This document shows positions 19,786-29,508 of a stretch of DNA of 64,000 nucleotides, one piece after another. The stretch is from a virus: positions 1 through 64,000 of the IMG/VR virus record IMGVR_UViG_3300000366_000001; one strand, given 5' to 3'. Under the pieces are notes generated by a model. The model was not told where the DNA came from. It did not search any database and saw nothing but the letters and a program-made list of their open reading frames with translations. The position numbers were made by a program, and so were the translations under genes. Positions within the stretch are counted from its first letter, which is position 1. Each line of letters opens with the position of its first letter.

Positions 19786-20103
19786 TTATTGTTTTTCTTC
19801 AGTCTTTTCAGAAGCAGGCTTTCGGCCACGCTTTACTACTGGTTTTTCTTCAGGTTCTTTAGGCATTGGCTCATCTGCCTTGCTATCATTTTTTATAACT
19901 TCGATCCCTGATTCTTCAGCCCACCTGGAAATACTTTTGTTGCCTGTTGTGTTTACAATCGCGTTACAGCTATCCTTGAATCCATATTCCATTGATCCAT
20001 TAGAAAAGATAACTTTATTACCCTTAGACTCAAGGTCTCCCTTAAGGATCATATCTGATCGTTCAGGTCGTCCATTTCGTACAAAAAGAATTATTTTTTT
20101 CAT
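19786..20103 (-). CDS. hypothetical protein downstream of the capsid gene
   Basis: 105 aa with a Lys/Glu/Pro-rich C-terminal tail. Confidence 0.6.
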   Translation of the reverse strand: MKKIILFVRNGRPERSDMILKGDLESKGNKVIFSNGSMEYGFKDSCNAIVNTTGNKSISRWAEESGIEVIKNDSKADEPMPKEPEEKPVVKRGRKPASEKTEEKQ

Positions 20104-20114
20104 CTTAACCCCGT

Positions 20115-20138
20115 CAAAAAAGCGACCCGAAGGCCGCT
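20115..20138 (-). terminator. rho-independent terminator after the major capsid gene
   Basis: Stem AGCGGCC/GGTCGCT with a UUCG loop, then T6 on the minus strand. Confidence 0.75.
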
Positions 20139-20155
20139 GTTCTTGAATTTATTTA

Positions 20156-21136
20156 TCAATCTGCTGCTTCAGTCTCAACCAAAGATGCAGCGATAAGCTT
20201 ATCATCTGATACCTGAGACCAGTTAGCAGAAGTATGCAGGGCGGCATCTGTTGGGTTGTTACCAGCAGCGGTATCCCAAGCAAAGCCTTTAACGTTAATC
20301 ATGGTGTTAGTTTCACCCTGATAACGATAACCCAAGTTCTCTAGGCCTGTTACTCGGTCAATAACCAGTTCGCGACCAGAACGCTCGATAACAGAACCTG
20401 CACCTTGAGTCATTGCAAGGACGCGATTCTTAAGGTCACCGGCACCAGCATCATAACGCAGAGCTGATACGTCAGACACAATGATAGGCTTGCCTAGTGC
20501 AGCACCTTGTCCACCGGATACGATAGTAACACCTGCAACAGTGTCCATCTTGTAGTTATCAAGACCATCTTCAACAAGATCAAAGAACGCTTCAGAGTTC
20601 ATCATGTAAGCGCCAACATTGCGATACTGGTCACCAAACAGACGCTGCGCAGCGACGAGATGCTTGTAGTTGGTAGTTGCGGTGTTCTGAGTATCGCTCT
20701 TCATTGCAGAAGTGCCATCAACAGCAGCAACAATAGCGCCAACAAGCAAATCAAGACCACGAGCAATGAAGTCACCTGCAAACTGCTGACCCAAGATGTT
20801 AGCCATCTCATCAACAGAACGACCACGGCGCTTAAATGCTTCGTCAGGCTCAAATACTGGCCCCACCTTGTGAGCAACATCCACACCAACGTACTCATTC
20901 AGAGCCATACGCAGGTCAGTTGCAGCGGTATCGACGGAAATATCGCGGCGGGTAATCAGAGAGCCTACACGATCATACATAGCCTCTTTGATATAGTCGC
21001 CCATGTAGTCCTCAGAGCCAATAAGCAGGGTGCCATTGGAACCTTGGTTAAATACATCGACATTACGTGCCAGTTCTTCAATTACACCTAGATAAAACTC
21101 TTCTTGATAAGTAGGAGTCAACAGGTTAGTAGCCAT
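20156..21136 (-). CDS. major capsid protein
   Basis: 326 aa; follows the scaffold gene and is followed by a strong terminator. The call rests on position and composition. Confidence 0.75.
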   Translation of the reverse strand: MATNLLTPTYQEEFYLGVIEELARNVDVFNQGSNGTLLIGSEDYMGDYIKEAMYDRVGSLITRRDISVDTAATDLRMALNEYVGVDVAHKVGPVFEPDEAFKRRGRSVDEMANILGQQFAGDFIARGLDLLVGAIVAAVDGTSAMKSDTQNTATTNYKHLVAAQRLFGDQYRNVGAYMMNSEAFFDLVEDGLDNYKMDTVAGVTIVSGGQGAALGKPIIVSDVSALRYDAGAGDLKNRVLAMTQGAGSVIERSGRELVIDRVTGLENLGYRYQGETNTMINVKGFAWDTAAGNNPTDAALHTSANWSQVSDDKLIAASLVETEAAD

Positions 21137-21224
21137 TATTTATACCTCTTTATTGGTTAGATTGGCTGACAAAATTGCGCTTTTGCGCTTCTTTATGCCA
21201 GCCGCTCTAAACGACTGGCTAAAA

Positions 21225-22046
21225 TTATTTACTTTGCTTTTTAAGCAATTCTGCATAGGCTTCGCGGCCATTATCCCTGATAAAGTTGATTTTATCCTCT
21301 TGATTCCATTTTGTAGGATCACCAGAGGGAACACCATCGCCACCATTGCCGCCTTTGTAACCCGAGCCTGAACCACCCTTCCAGAAAAGCCCGTGGTTGA
21401 TCTTCTGTTTTGCATAAAAGTCTTCAAACTTTACAAAAGATCCATCGGCAGAGACCATCCGCTTGCCTTTATCGTCTAGCGCGTAGACAGTGCCGGTTGC
21501 TTCGTCAATGTCTGCTTTGTTCCCATACAGGGCTGCAAAATCGCTAAAGTATTCGTTCTTAAAGCTTTCGTCTTGAGAAACCAGGTCTTTTAGATACTGG
21601 TTTTTCTTCAAGCCCATCTTTTCTTGCTCTACAGCTTGCAGCTTCTGTTCAAGTTCTTCTGCACGAGTTGACGTAGCTTTTAGACGCTCTTCATATTGCT
21701 CTTGAGTTTCATTCCAAGCCTTTCGCTGACCTTCCATAAGCATATTCATGGCTTGCTCGGTCTTTCCCTGCATAAGCAGGTCTGTAAGCTCGTCTTTCTT
21801 TCGCTGCTCTTCAAAGCGCTTGTATTCTTCAAACTTTTCAGGGTCTAAGCCTTTAATGCTCTGCTCTAAATCACGCTTCTCTTGAAGAATCTGATCTCGG
21901 TTACTCAGGATTTTTTCTTTTTCCTGACTCCACTCCTGCTGAAGCTCTTGCTTTAGCTGGGCGCGAATATCATCAGGTGAAATCTGCTTATCCTGTTTAG
22001 CCGGTTCTACTGCTTGGTCTACTTGACCTGTATCTGTATCGCTCAT
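21225..22046 (-). CDS. scaffolding protein
   Basis: 273 aa; strongly charged, with Glu/Lys/Gln coiled-coil character; lies between the portal and capsid genes. Confidence 0.7.
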   Translation of the reverse strand: MSDTDTGQVDQAVEPAKQDKQISPDDIRAQLKQELQQEWSQEKEKILSNRDQILQEKRDLEQSIKGLDPEKFEEYKRFEEQRKKDELTDLLMQGKTEQAMNMLMEGQRKAWNETQEQYEERLKATSTRAEELEQKLQAVEQEKMGLKKNQYLKDLVSQDESFKNEYFSDFAALYGNKADIDEATGTVYALDDKGKRMVSADGSFVKFEDFYAKQKINHGLFWKGGSGSGYKGGNGGDGVPSGDPTKWNQEDKINFIRDNGREAYAELLKKQSK

Positions 22047-22108
22047 ATCAAAATCACCTACTGGTGTTGTTTAAAATTTAAAGGTTTACTTAACCTTAAT
22101 GTAATTAC

Positions 22109-22117
22109 ATTATAACA
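22109..22117 (-). promoter_or_regulatory. extended -10 promoter TGTTATAAT
   Basis: Same 9-mer, upstream of the scaffold gene. Confidence 0.5.
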
Positions 22118-22172
22118 TACTTGCATTTTCATTAATTTTAAAGTTAATTAAGATCAATAATAAAATAAGATG

Positions 22173-23651
22173 TTATAATTGCTTCCCCTCATCTATCTCT
22201 GACTGCTGACTATCTTCAATATCCCCAGGCTCGCCAGCCTCTTCTTTATTATCGGTTAGCTCTTCTATTGCTTTATTTATTAGTTCGGCATCGGATTCAT
22301 AATCGTAATTCCTTGGCAATATGTTCTGCTGTATTAATACAGAGGCGGCTGCTTTTTTAGAAATAATGTTTGCCAATGATGCCTCTATAGCCACCCTAGC
22401 TTTTCTGTCATTGTCGCTTAGATCAAAGTCAGAGCTAGTCGTGATCTCTGGAATTAAGTCCTGCATCGGATAATAAGAAGCCATAATTGAAACGATGCGT
22501 TGCACATGCTGAGTAATCGCTGATGCAAACCCTCTTAAAGCAGCATTTGAACCTGCCGCATCAATGGCTTTCTCTGTCGCTGTAACATTGCCAGATGGCC
22601 TGATTGCGGAAGAGTCAACAGAAAAGCTTGATATGCGATATTCAATATCCTTGATAGTTTCCCTTGCCTGTTCAATAGGTGCAGCGTCTGCTTGAATCCA
22701 TTTTATATCTGCATCCTTTAATGTCTCAGGGTTTTTGTCGTCCAGAATGATAGCTTGCCAAGCCGCCAAAGCGGTCACTTTAATATCATCTGGAAGCCCT
22801 TTGCCGAATAGCATTGGAGTCAATGCGTAGTGCAAGTTGTTTTTAACATCACTGCTAACCTGAAAGTGCTCTATTGTCAATTCTGCAAGGCCCTGGTAAG
22901 GGCTTTCTGCAAGAAGAGTGCCTTTCTTGTTAGTATAAATAATAGAAACAGGGAGTTCATCAGTTACCCGCTTTGTTCCATTATCCTTATATCTTACTAT
23001 TTCGCCTTTGTCTTCAGGCTCATCATTCTCATCAATATAAAGAGCCCATGAGGTAGGCGTTATTTCCCAATAAGCATTTTTTGTTCCTGCCTGATTCATT
23101 TCATCGGAATCAGTAAAGATAGTGTCTTGCCACTTAAGCCTTGTAAGCCTTCCTGTACGCCTATTTATATCAAAATCAAGAACAGCATCTATATCAATCT
23201 CTTTTACAAAGGGCCTGCTATCCTCTGATATAAAGTCAACAAAGCAAAGAGCAACCCCCTTAAATAAAGAGCTTTGAAGCTGGTCTTTAGCCAAAACGTC
23301 AATGTTTTTTCCTTCCAAGTCCATATCATCAAGAAAAATATAAAACTCATCCGGCAGCGGCTGATTATCTTCTTGTTCTATTTTTATGGGAGCAGATATG
23401 ACTTTACCGGTATCGGACTCAATAGCTCTTTTATAGTAGTTAACCAGGAAAGATTGATTGATCCTATTGATATAAACATGATCCGGCTCTTCTGGGAATT
23501 TAGGAAGGTAAAGAGACTGCTTTGCAGTTGTATTTACAAGAGGCGAAAACATAGCGCCGCCACGAACAGACCTTAGACCATTGATTAGATCTCTGTTAAG
23601 CCTGTTTCTTGCGTATTGCTCGATAAAATAAGGCGAACGGCTTTGTTCCAT
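22173..23651 (-). CDS. portal protein
   Basis: 492 aa; lies upstream of scaffold and capsid; acidic C-terminus. The call is positional. Confidence 0.7.
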   Translation of the reverse strand: MEQSRSPYFIEQYARNRLNRDLINGLRSVRGGAMFSPLVNTTAKQSLYLPKFPEEPDHVYINRINQSFLVNYYKRAIESDTGKVISAPIKIEQEDNQPLPDEFYIFLDDMDLEGKNIDVLAKDQLQSSLFKGVALCFVDFISEDSRPFVKEIDIDAVLDFDINRRTGRLTRLKWQDTIFTDSDEMNQAGTKNAYWEITPTSWALYIDENDEPEDKGEIVRYKDNGTKRVTDELPVSIIYTNKKGTLLAESPYQGLAELTIEHFQVSSDVKNNLHYALTPMLFGKGLPDDIKVTALAAWQAIILDDKNPETLKDADIKWIQADAAPIEQARETIKDIEYRISSFSVDSSAIRPSGNVTATEKAIDAAGSNAALRGFASAITQHVQRIVSIMASYYPMQDLIPEITTSSDFDLSDNDRKARVAIEASLANIISKKAAASVLIQQNILPRNYDYESDAELINKAIEELTDNKEEAGEPGDIEDSQQSEIDEGKQL

Positions 23652-23687
23652 AAAAAAATACCCGCTAACTGTTAGGTTTAACGGGTA
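23652..23687 (-). terminator. hairpin plus T7 abutting the portal ATG
   Basis: Stem TACCCG/CGGGTA (6 bp, large loop), then T7, then ATG. Confidence 0.4.
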
Positions 23688-23695
23688 TTATAACA
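23687..23695 (-). promoter_or_regulatory. extended -10 promoter TGTTATAAT fused to the hairpin 5' arm
   Basis: Minus strand reads TGTTATAAT followed directly by ACCCG... Confidence 0.5.
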
Positions 23696-23728
23696 TAGCT
23701 GTTTTTTCTAATTGTTGGTGTTTGTTTT

Positions 23729-24097
23729 TCAGTCCTTTAAGGATTCAAGCCTTGAAACAATATAGCCATAAGCAAAGTTAAGTTGATCCTTACTTAAGCC
23801 TTTTAGGGTAATTGCTAATTCCTTTTGCCATTTTTCTTCCTGTTCCATTTCAATCTGTTTACCGAATGCTTCGGCTGGATGGTTTTTTTCAGTCTTTTTT
23901 TTGCTTTCGTAAAAAGCAGTCCAGTCGCGGTAGGCGATGATGTCTCCTTCGCTACCTGACCATTCCCAGCACCACCCTTGAGGGGTTTTATCTCTCTCAA
24001 TCTTTCCATCACGGAATTTCACTTCAACATCCCGTGATGGAACTGGGCATTCATCTGTTTCGGATTCCCATTCAATCCACTCTGGCTCATTTTTCAT
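23729..24097 (-). CDS. hypothetical protein
   Basis: The track start is TTG. The ATG at 24097 (MKNEPEWIEW...) has GAGGAA upstream. Confidence 0.55.
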   Translation of the reverse strand: MKNEPEWIEWESETDECPVPSRDVEVKFRDGKIERDKTPQGWCWEWSGSEGDIIAYRDWTAFYESKKKTEKNHPAEAFGKQIEMEQEEKWQKELAITLKGLSKDQLNFAYGYIVSRLESLKD

Positions 24098-24122
24098 TTG
24101 TTTTTCCTCGCTCAATTAAAAA

Positions 24123-24440
24123 TCACTTCGGAATCAAATCAGCCCTGCGAACATTGATATGCTCACCCGCATCAATGCAGATAGCCACGCTTGTAGGCAG
24201 GTATAGATCATCTGCAAACCATTGGCGCATCATAATATCAGGCGTTAGATAAAACGCTCGACCTTTAGGCACCTTATATAGCACTCCATTATGATCTTCC
24301 CATACTCCGATCAACTGTAGCTTTGACTCATCATAATAGCATTGAACCAGCTTAATAAAAAGCGTCTTGTTAGCTTTTTTGTCATCAAAGTAAATGACTG
24401 CTTTTAGATCACTTCCAGGTTTTCGATAAATTTTTAACAT
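24123..24440 (-). CDS. hypothetical protein
   Basis: 105 aa; ATG verified. Confidence 0.6.
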   Translation of the reverse strand: MLKIYRKPGSDLKAVIYFDDKKANKTLFIKLVQCYYDESKLQLIGVWEDHNGVLYKVPKGRAFYLTPDIMMRQWFADDLYLPTSVAICIDAGEHINVRRADLIPK

Positions 24441-24634
24441 TGTAGCTCCTCTGTTTTATAGCCAGTGACAAGCCATTTGCCCTGACTAAATTTACTATCA
24501 ACCTTAAATCCGTATGCGTTTAGCAGGCTGATAGCTGCGTTTCTTTCGTCTGCATTGTAACAGACTTTTGATGCCTTCGCAGTGCCGTTTTCTTGCATGA
24601 TTACAAGCTTGTTTTTCTCTAGTAAATCTCTCAT
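24434..24634 (-). CDS. hypothetical protein
   Basis: 66 aa; ATG verified. Confidence 0.55.
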   Translation of the reverse strand: MRDLLEKNKLVIMQENGTAKASKVCYNADERNAAISLLNAYGFKVDSKFSQGKWLVTGYKTEELQC

Positions 24635-24654
24635 TTTATTTACTCCTCAAAAGT

Positions 24655-24861
24655 TTATCGCCTAAAAATAGAGATGATAGCGCCAATCATCATCATTGTA
24701 AAGAAAACAATCATCGCAAGGGCAACGTAACCAAAATACACGATCACGACAGCGGGTGAAAACAGCCTCTCAACAAAACTAGGCTTTTGCCCATAATCAA
24801 GATTAGCAAAGATCAAAAAGCCAACGATAGTGTATAAGGCAAAAGCCAGGAATGTTAGCAT
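24655..24861 (-). CDS. small membrane protein
   Basis: 68 aa with two hydrophobic helices. Confidence 0.55.
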   Translation of the reverse strand: MLTFLAFALYTIVGFLIFANLDYGQKPSFVERLFSPAVVIVYFGYVALAMIVFFTMMMIGAIISIFRR

Positions 24862-25256
24862 TGCTTTACTCCTTTGATGATCGTTTCTATTTTGTCGCCA
24901 GTGGTTGTAGGTACGACAATATCAGCAGTCACAAGATTAGAATCCTTTAGGATATCTTCAGTTGATACGCCTTTCGCCTTGGCAAGCAAATCAACATGAT
25001 GCTCAAGATCATGGATATATTTATATAATGTAAAAGCTTCTTTCCATTTACCTGATTTATCAATCTGCTCTGGCGAAACTTCTCCAGTCCCGTCACAGAA
25101 TTCACATTCTTCTTCTTTTTCAGCATCGCAGCAATCACAATAAGTAACAATATCGCCATCACCATCGCAATAAGGGCATTCAAGATTAACAACTTCATGC
25201 AAAGCATCACTAACTCGGATGTCCAGCCATGTTTCGTAATCGTTAAATCTGTTCAT
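24855..25256 (-). CDS. zinc-ribbon (CxxC-rich) protein
   Basis: Contains CPYCDGDGD...CDCCD...CEFCDGTGE, a DnaJ-type Cys cluster. Confidence 0.6.
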   Translation of the reverse strand: MNRFNDYETWLDIRVSDALHEVVNLECPYCDGDGDIVTYCDCCDAEKEEECEFCDGTGEVSPEQIDKSGKWKEAFTLYKYIHDLEHHVDLLAKAKGVSTEDILKDSNLVTADIVVPTTTGDKIETIIKGVKQC

Positions 25257-25260
25257 AACA

Positions 25261-25422
25261 TTATGCTCCTGTAGTCATAATACGAACAACCATTTCTTCA
25301 ATTGAAGTATAAAAAAGAAATAGAGATAAAGCTAAAAGCATTGAAGCAATCTTTACATTTCCACAATGATAGTTGAGAACCGCAATAAACACATCAAAGC
25401 ATGCAAGCAACAGATAAATCAT
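25261..25422 (-). CDS. small membrane protein (53 aa)
   Basis: Own translation MIYLLLACFDVFIAVLNYHCGNVKIASMLLALSLFLFY... Confidence 0.4.
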   Translation of the reverse strand: MIYLLLACFDVFIAVLNYHCGNVKIASMLLALSLFLFYTSIEEMVVRIMTTGA

Positions 25423-25425
25423 TCT

Positions 25426-25662
25426 TCAATCTCCCCTCAGTTCAGAATAATACTCTAGGGCATTTTTGCTGCTCTTGCGTTCAACAACCTCATAGTCAGT
25501 TACGCCCATCTTCCCTAGTATTCTCTGAGCTGCAAGGTAGGCAGCTTTTTCGCTTGCGTAATGTGCATGTGTCTGCATAGCATGAGCCATACCCTCGTTA
25601 ACGTCCCACACAATACCCTTAAACATTCTGTTTTTCTCAATGACTGAAAGTCTGTATTTCAT
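25426..25662 (-). CDS. hypothetical protein
   Basis: Start moved to the ATG at 25662 (MKYRLSVIEK...) with GGAGAT upstream. It is the first gene after cassette copy 1. Confidence 0.55.
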   Translation of the reverse strand: MKYRLSVIEKNRMFKGIVWDVNEGMAHAMQTHAHYASEKAAYLAAQRILGKMGVTDYEVVERKSSKNALEYYSELRGD

Positions 25663-25734
25663 CTCAATATCTCCAAAAAAAGTTAGTCTCAATCAACAAT
25701 CGAAGCTTAGCATACTAAAAAACACCACGCAAGG

Positions 25735-25989
25735 CTATTTTTTGATTTTTTGCATTTATTTTAATGCGTGTGCGGGGTAAGAGTAAGAGTGGGTATCAGG
25801 AAGTGGTGTCTGTACCCTGTACTATATATAAAAAATAAAAAAATATAAAAAATACTATACTACTACGTAGTAGACACCCCTCAACACCCTTCCAAGCCTT
25901 ACCACACTTGCCTTTCAGTATATTAGCATCTTCTAAATTAGAAAATGATTAATTGACATTTATTGGCTATTTATTGGTATTTTTTGACC
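25735..25989 (-). repeat. intergenic cassette, copy 1 of 4
   Basis: On the plus strand it shares this layout with the other copies: CTATTTTTTG, then a G/T/A-rich arm (GGGGTAAGAGTAAGAGTGGGT). Next comes a ~50-bp A/T core, then a C-rich arm (ACACCCCTCAACACCC). It ends with the near-palindrome TTAGCATCTTCTAA and phased TTGAC / TTATTGG boxes. Confidence 0.85.
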
Positions 25990-26083
25990 ATTAAATAATG
26001 CTGATTTTGCTGCTTTGGTGGCTATATCCTGGTTTCGCTGGTTGCCAGAGTCTGATTTTAGTCGGTCTGGGGTAATTTAGGCC

Positions 26084-26110
26084 GATAAAAAAAGGGCTTT
26101 AATAGCCCTT
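26084..26110 (-). terminator. rho-independent terminator
   Basis: Stem AAGGGCT/AGCCCTT followed by T7 on the minus strand. Confidence 0.7.
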
Positions 26111-26129
26111 TGTGGTTTTGTTTGGATTG

Positions 26130-26519
26130 CTATACCTTGCAAAAATCAACTGTCTCTGAGTAGTAGCCATTACTTGATCCATACCATCGGATTGTTACTC
26201 CACCTTTGCGCGTATCAATCTTGTAAAAAGTCCAAGTGAATGATTCGTCTTCGTACTCAGGGCCGTCAACTCCATCGGGTGTTTCGCAGGTACCGTGAAT
26301 AACTTCCTCAGCTACAAGGATAGTGCTGCCAATAATATCATCCAGATCCCCGCACACATCCTCAATGTAGACATCTTCGCAGCAATCTTGGCTGTGAAAC
26401 AGTCTGTAAATTTCTCCATCAGTTGTGGTGAAAATAAGTTCTTCATTGTCTTGGTTTTCCAAGCTAACCAAAACTTTACCTTTAAGCTCTTTAAATTCTA
26501 TATATCTAATCACATTCAC
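26130..26519 (-). CDS. hypothetical protein
   Basis: 129 aa; GTG start (alternative GTG at 26513) after GAGAGGAA. Confidence 0.55.
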   Translation of the reverse strand: MNVIRYIEFKELKGKVLVSLENQDNEELIFTTTDGEIYRLFHSQDCCEDVYIEDVCGDLDDIIGSTILVAEEVIHGTCETPDGVDGPEYEDESFTWTFYKIDTRKGGVTIRWYGSSNGYYSETVDFCKV

Positions 26520-26824
26520 TTCCTCTCGTTAAACTGGTCTCAAAAATCAATTCTACGCCAAATTTCCCCACGAATTCGCTTAGGAAATAGAGTTGTCGCT
26601 ACTAAGCAGTTCATTCTCCATGGCAAGACTGTTATTTTTATCTGATACTGCTCAAATAGCTTTCCATCACCCCTAAGAAACAAATCCAAAGCGTCCCTGC
26701 ACGACATACCTCTGTTAAAACACCCTCTAAATCGCTCTATTTTGCCCTGTGAGGCGTTTATTTAAAAAAATTGTATCAGTGCATGAGTTACAAAATAAGA
26801 CGCTTAGAAGCGCTTAAAACGGCT

Positions 26825-27328
26825 TTAAGGCAGTTTGGCTAATCCATCGTCGTAGATTCGGCCTAACCCTGTTCTTACTGCGTGGTTATCCCAGAGACAG
26901 CCAGCCTTTTCTATCTCCTCATCAATCCATTTGTCGCGGTCTGACTTGATGGGCTCGAATGATGCGGTTGGCATATCCGCTGTATCAACGTGGTCTTTGT
27001 CTTTATTCCAAAATACCACTTGATTTGCGCCTCTTCTGTACTGGATGATTTCTACTTCGGCATGGAAGCAGCCTCCCCAATACATATCACACACCGTCCC
27101 AACAGGTGGCAAGCCTTGGCCAGTCCATTCGGGTGTTGATGATTCGGGACGCATTTCGAAGTCAAAGCGCCATTTGTGAATATTTATATCCTCATAGCGT
27201 CTTGATCTATGCCAGTTTCCTCTGTGCCAGCAAAAGTACTCTCCATTCTCATGCTTCCTGAAGCCACCGAAGTGATAAAACTGAGCGTCCGCTGGTGCTG
27301 TTTTCCAATCAGGTTTGTTAGTCATCAT
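26825..27328 (-). CDS. hypothetical protein
   Basis: ATG at 27328 (MMTNKPDW...) after AGGTGG; the track start is TTG. Confidence 0.6.
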   Translation of the reverse strand: MMTNKPDWKTAPADAQFYHFGGFRKHENGEYFCWHRGNWHRSRRYEDINIHKWRFDFEMRPESSTPEWTGQGLPPVGTVCDMYWGGCFHAEVEIIQYRRGANQVVFWNKDKDHVDTADMPTASFEPIKSDRDKWIDEEIEKAGCLWDNHAVRTGLGRIYDDGLAKLP

Positions 27329-27339
27329 TTTGCCACCTA

Positions 27340-27567
27340 TCAAATTGATAATGTTAATGCTCTGCCATTTTCAGGCTCACTGCTGTATACAGTAACGCCA
27401 ATAATTGAGAACCAGCCGCTTGAACTGCTATCCACAAGATCCTTATCCCTTGCTTCTTCTAGAAGATCATCAAAATGTTCGCCAGCATTGATATGAGATA
27501 CAAACCCCATATCAATAAATTTTAGGATCGTATCTAGGTTACTGTCTAGCACTATTTCTATACTCAT
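27340..27567 (-). CDS. hypothetical protein
   Basis: ATG at 27567 (MSIEIVLD...) after GAGAGGTG. Confidence 0.55.
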   Translation of the reverse strand: MSIEIVLDSNLDTILKFIDMGFVSHINAGEHFDDLLEEARDKDLVDSSSSGWFSIIGVTVYSSEPENGRALTLSI

Positions 27568-27872
27568 TTGCTCACCTCTCTCCAATATTGTTTAATTAAA
27601 TCTGAATCACTAGCCTCTTCAATCATGCTAACAACAGGGAAGCACAAAGGCAAGTTATTTTTTCTTTTCGCCACCAGATACCCCTTAGCAGAATCCACGT
27701 ACTCGAAAAATCGCCAATCGCAAATATCATAGCTGCAAGTCAACTTACGATAACTGCACCCATCCGCAATATCAAAAGTAACAGGAAAACGTCTAATTCT
27801 TCGATTCGCGTAATTCTTCATAAACGGTTTGCTATCCGAATAGCCTGGATATCGTTTTCTTGATCTGCTCAT
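27564..27872 (-). CDS. hypothetical basic protein
   Basis: ATG at 27872 (MSRSRKRYPGY...) after GGAGG. It is the first gene after cassette copy 2. Confidence 0.55.
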   Translation of the reverse strand: MSRSRKRYPGYSDSKPFMKNYANRRIRRFPVTFDIADGCSYRKLTCSYDICDWRFFEYVDSAKGYLVAKRKNNLPLCFPVVSMIEEASDSDLIKQYWREVSK

Positions 27873-27933
27873 TTCTTTCGGCCTCCATAACCAACAAGCT
27901 AAAACCTTAACAGACCGCCAATAGCAAAGCAAA

Positions 27934-28196
27934 TTATTTTTTGCATTTTTTGAATTAATTATTTGTGTGTGGGCGGTAAGTAGTAGGTAGTGGGTGTGAA
28001 CCCTACCTCTGTAAGAGGTACTAGTATATTTAATAAAAAAATATATTTAATAATAATATACACCTACGGTGTACCCTCTAACACCTCTACAGACACCGCC
28101 ATTGCTGACTTTCATCTAATACCTGACTAAAATGGTAGGTTTCTATTTTTTGCTATTAATTGACTTTTTTAGGGTATTTATTGACATTTTTTGACT
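27934..28196 (-). repeat. intergenic cassette, copy 2 of 4
   Basis: Same layout as copy 1. Its core CTAGTATATTTAATAAAAAAATATATTTAATAATAATATA is nearly identical to copy 3. TTGAC boxes lie at 28160, 28181 and 28191. Confidence 0.85.
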
Positions 28197-28295
28197 CTTG
28201 ATTATTGGCGGTTTTGGCTAGGATATAGATAAAAGCAATCATTTACTATTTAGATATAGGTAAAATCTATCGGCCTGACCATAATCCAGCCACAA

Positions 28296-28318
28296 AAAAA
28301 AGGGCTAAAAAGCCCCTT
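28296..28318 (-). terminator. probable terminator
   Basis: Short GGGC/GCCC stem followed by T8 on the minus strand. Confidence 0.45.
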
Positions 28319-28350
28319 AATTGTATTTTTTGGATTAAATTATTTTTTGA

Positions 28351-28767
28351 TTATTCGATAAGGTGCCTTGCAATTCTCTTCAGTTTCTCCTCATCTGATC
28401 CTTTCAGAATTACCACAACACCATCGTTAAAATTAATGCTTAACTCTACTTCTTGGTTTGACTTGTTTTCCTGGCCAGGCTTTCGGTTAGGATTGATTTC
28501 TTTCTCTACTTTATTGCTGCAATACCCACCTTCTCCGAAAAAGTCATGCTTGTTAAGCCTGATTGGATTATCAGGAATATCTACTCCAGCCCAAATACCA
28601 AAAGAACCTGAATATTTAAGAATAAAAGCTTCTTCTGTAACATGTAAATCACCGCAATCAACCTTGCACCCGATATGTTCAGCCATTGCTTCAGCGGCCT
28701 GGTTAATCTCTTCCTCTGACCAGCCCCTAACATCTACGTAATGGTTTTTAATTATCTTTTTCATCAT
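28351..28767 (-). CDS. hypothetical protein
   Basis: 138 aa; ATG verified. Confidence 0.6.
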   Translation of the reverse strand: MMKKIIKNHYVDVRGWSEEEINQAAEAMAEHIGCKVDCGDLHVTEEAFILKYSGSFGIWAGVDIPDNPIRLNKHDFFGEGGYCSNKVEKEINPNRKPGQENKSNQEVELSINFNDGVVVILKGSDEEKLKRIARHLIE

Positions 28768-28915
28768 TCAATCCCTCGTGCTGTTCGCTACAAACTTGAT
28801 ACTTTTCACCGCTTGACAACTCAACTTCAATAGAATTTTTCCTATTGCAAATAAGGCGCTTTATTGCCTCCCTTCCAGACTTATCATCCCTAATCTTACT
28901 TGCCAGCTTAGACAT
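28748..28915 (-). CDS. small hypothetical protein (55 aa)
   Basis: Own translation MSKLASKIRDDKSGREAIKRLICNRK...; GGAG lies very close to the ATG. Confidence 0.35.
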   Translation of the reverse strand: MSKLASKIRDDKSGREAIKRLICNRKNSIEVELSSGEKYQVCSEQHEGLNDEKDN

Positions 28916-28927
28916 TACTCCAACTAA

Positions 28928-29254
28928 TCAATAAAAGCTACCAAATTGTGCCTTGAAAGGCTTTGTATTGCCCTGTAAGCCTCGTTCTTGAATCAAATCT
29001 TGCAATGCACCCGACTTGCCATCATTAGCCCTGTAAAGCCATCTTCCACACTTAACGTACAACTGATAGTTAACAAGGCTTTCACCATTAATCCTATATC
29101 CCAGTTTTTTCTTAATCGCCTCTGACCGCATAAAGTCAATGCCGTTTTTAGTTAAGGATTCTTTAACAAGCTTTGAACTTCTTTCAGTCTGATAGAAGAA
29201 ACTTGCAATACTGCAAAGAAACACAACAAAAGCAATAGAAATATAAAAGTACAT
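28928..29254 (-). CDS. membrane-anchored hypothetical protein
   Basis: 108 aa with an N-terminal hydrophobic helix. Confidence 0.6.
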   Translation of the reverse strand: MYFYISIAFVVFLCSIASFFYQTERSSKLVKESLTKNGIDFMRSEAIKKKLGYRINGESLVNYQLYVKCGRWLYRANDGKSGALQDLIQERGLQGNTKPFKAQFGSFY

Positions 29255-29274
29255 AAAAATTCTCCAATAGTTTT

Positions 29275-29508
29275 TTAACTCAAAGCCTTCACAAGGTCAG
29301 CTAAAAGCTTCTCTTTAGCCTCGCCAGCAACGCCATGATAAAGCAAGTCATAGCATCTTTCAAGCAATAAATGCTGATTTTCAAGCTGATCTATCGCGTT
29401 ATTCAAGAGCAATGAAATAGCTACAGGATCAGGAACATAATCTTCATTCTTTAGAATTCTCCAGTCATTGTAGGCAGTTAAACCCTTAATCGTATCTAGT
29501 GTGGTCAT
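29275..29508 (-). CDS. hypothetical protein
   Basis: 77 aa; ATG verified. Confidence 0.55.
   Translation of the reverse strand: MTTLDTIKGLTAYNDWRILKNEDYVPDPVAISLLLNNAIDQLENQHLLLERCYDLLYHGVAGEAKEKLLADLVKALS

Noticed and set aside
20507-21091. 194-aa plus-strand ORF
   Set aside because: It lies entirely antisense to the major capsid gene, with no RBS and an odd composition. The same reasoning applies to the other plus-strand ORFs inside large minus-strand genes (3147..6205, 8577..10973, 31351..32436, 57955..58269 and so on).
25953-25989. TTGAC boxes in the cassettes as -35 elements
   Set aside because: They point away from the downstream genes, toward the preceding terminator. No acceptable -10 lies 16-18 bp downstream of any of them. 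They are treated as possible protein-binding sites.
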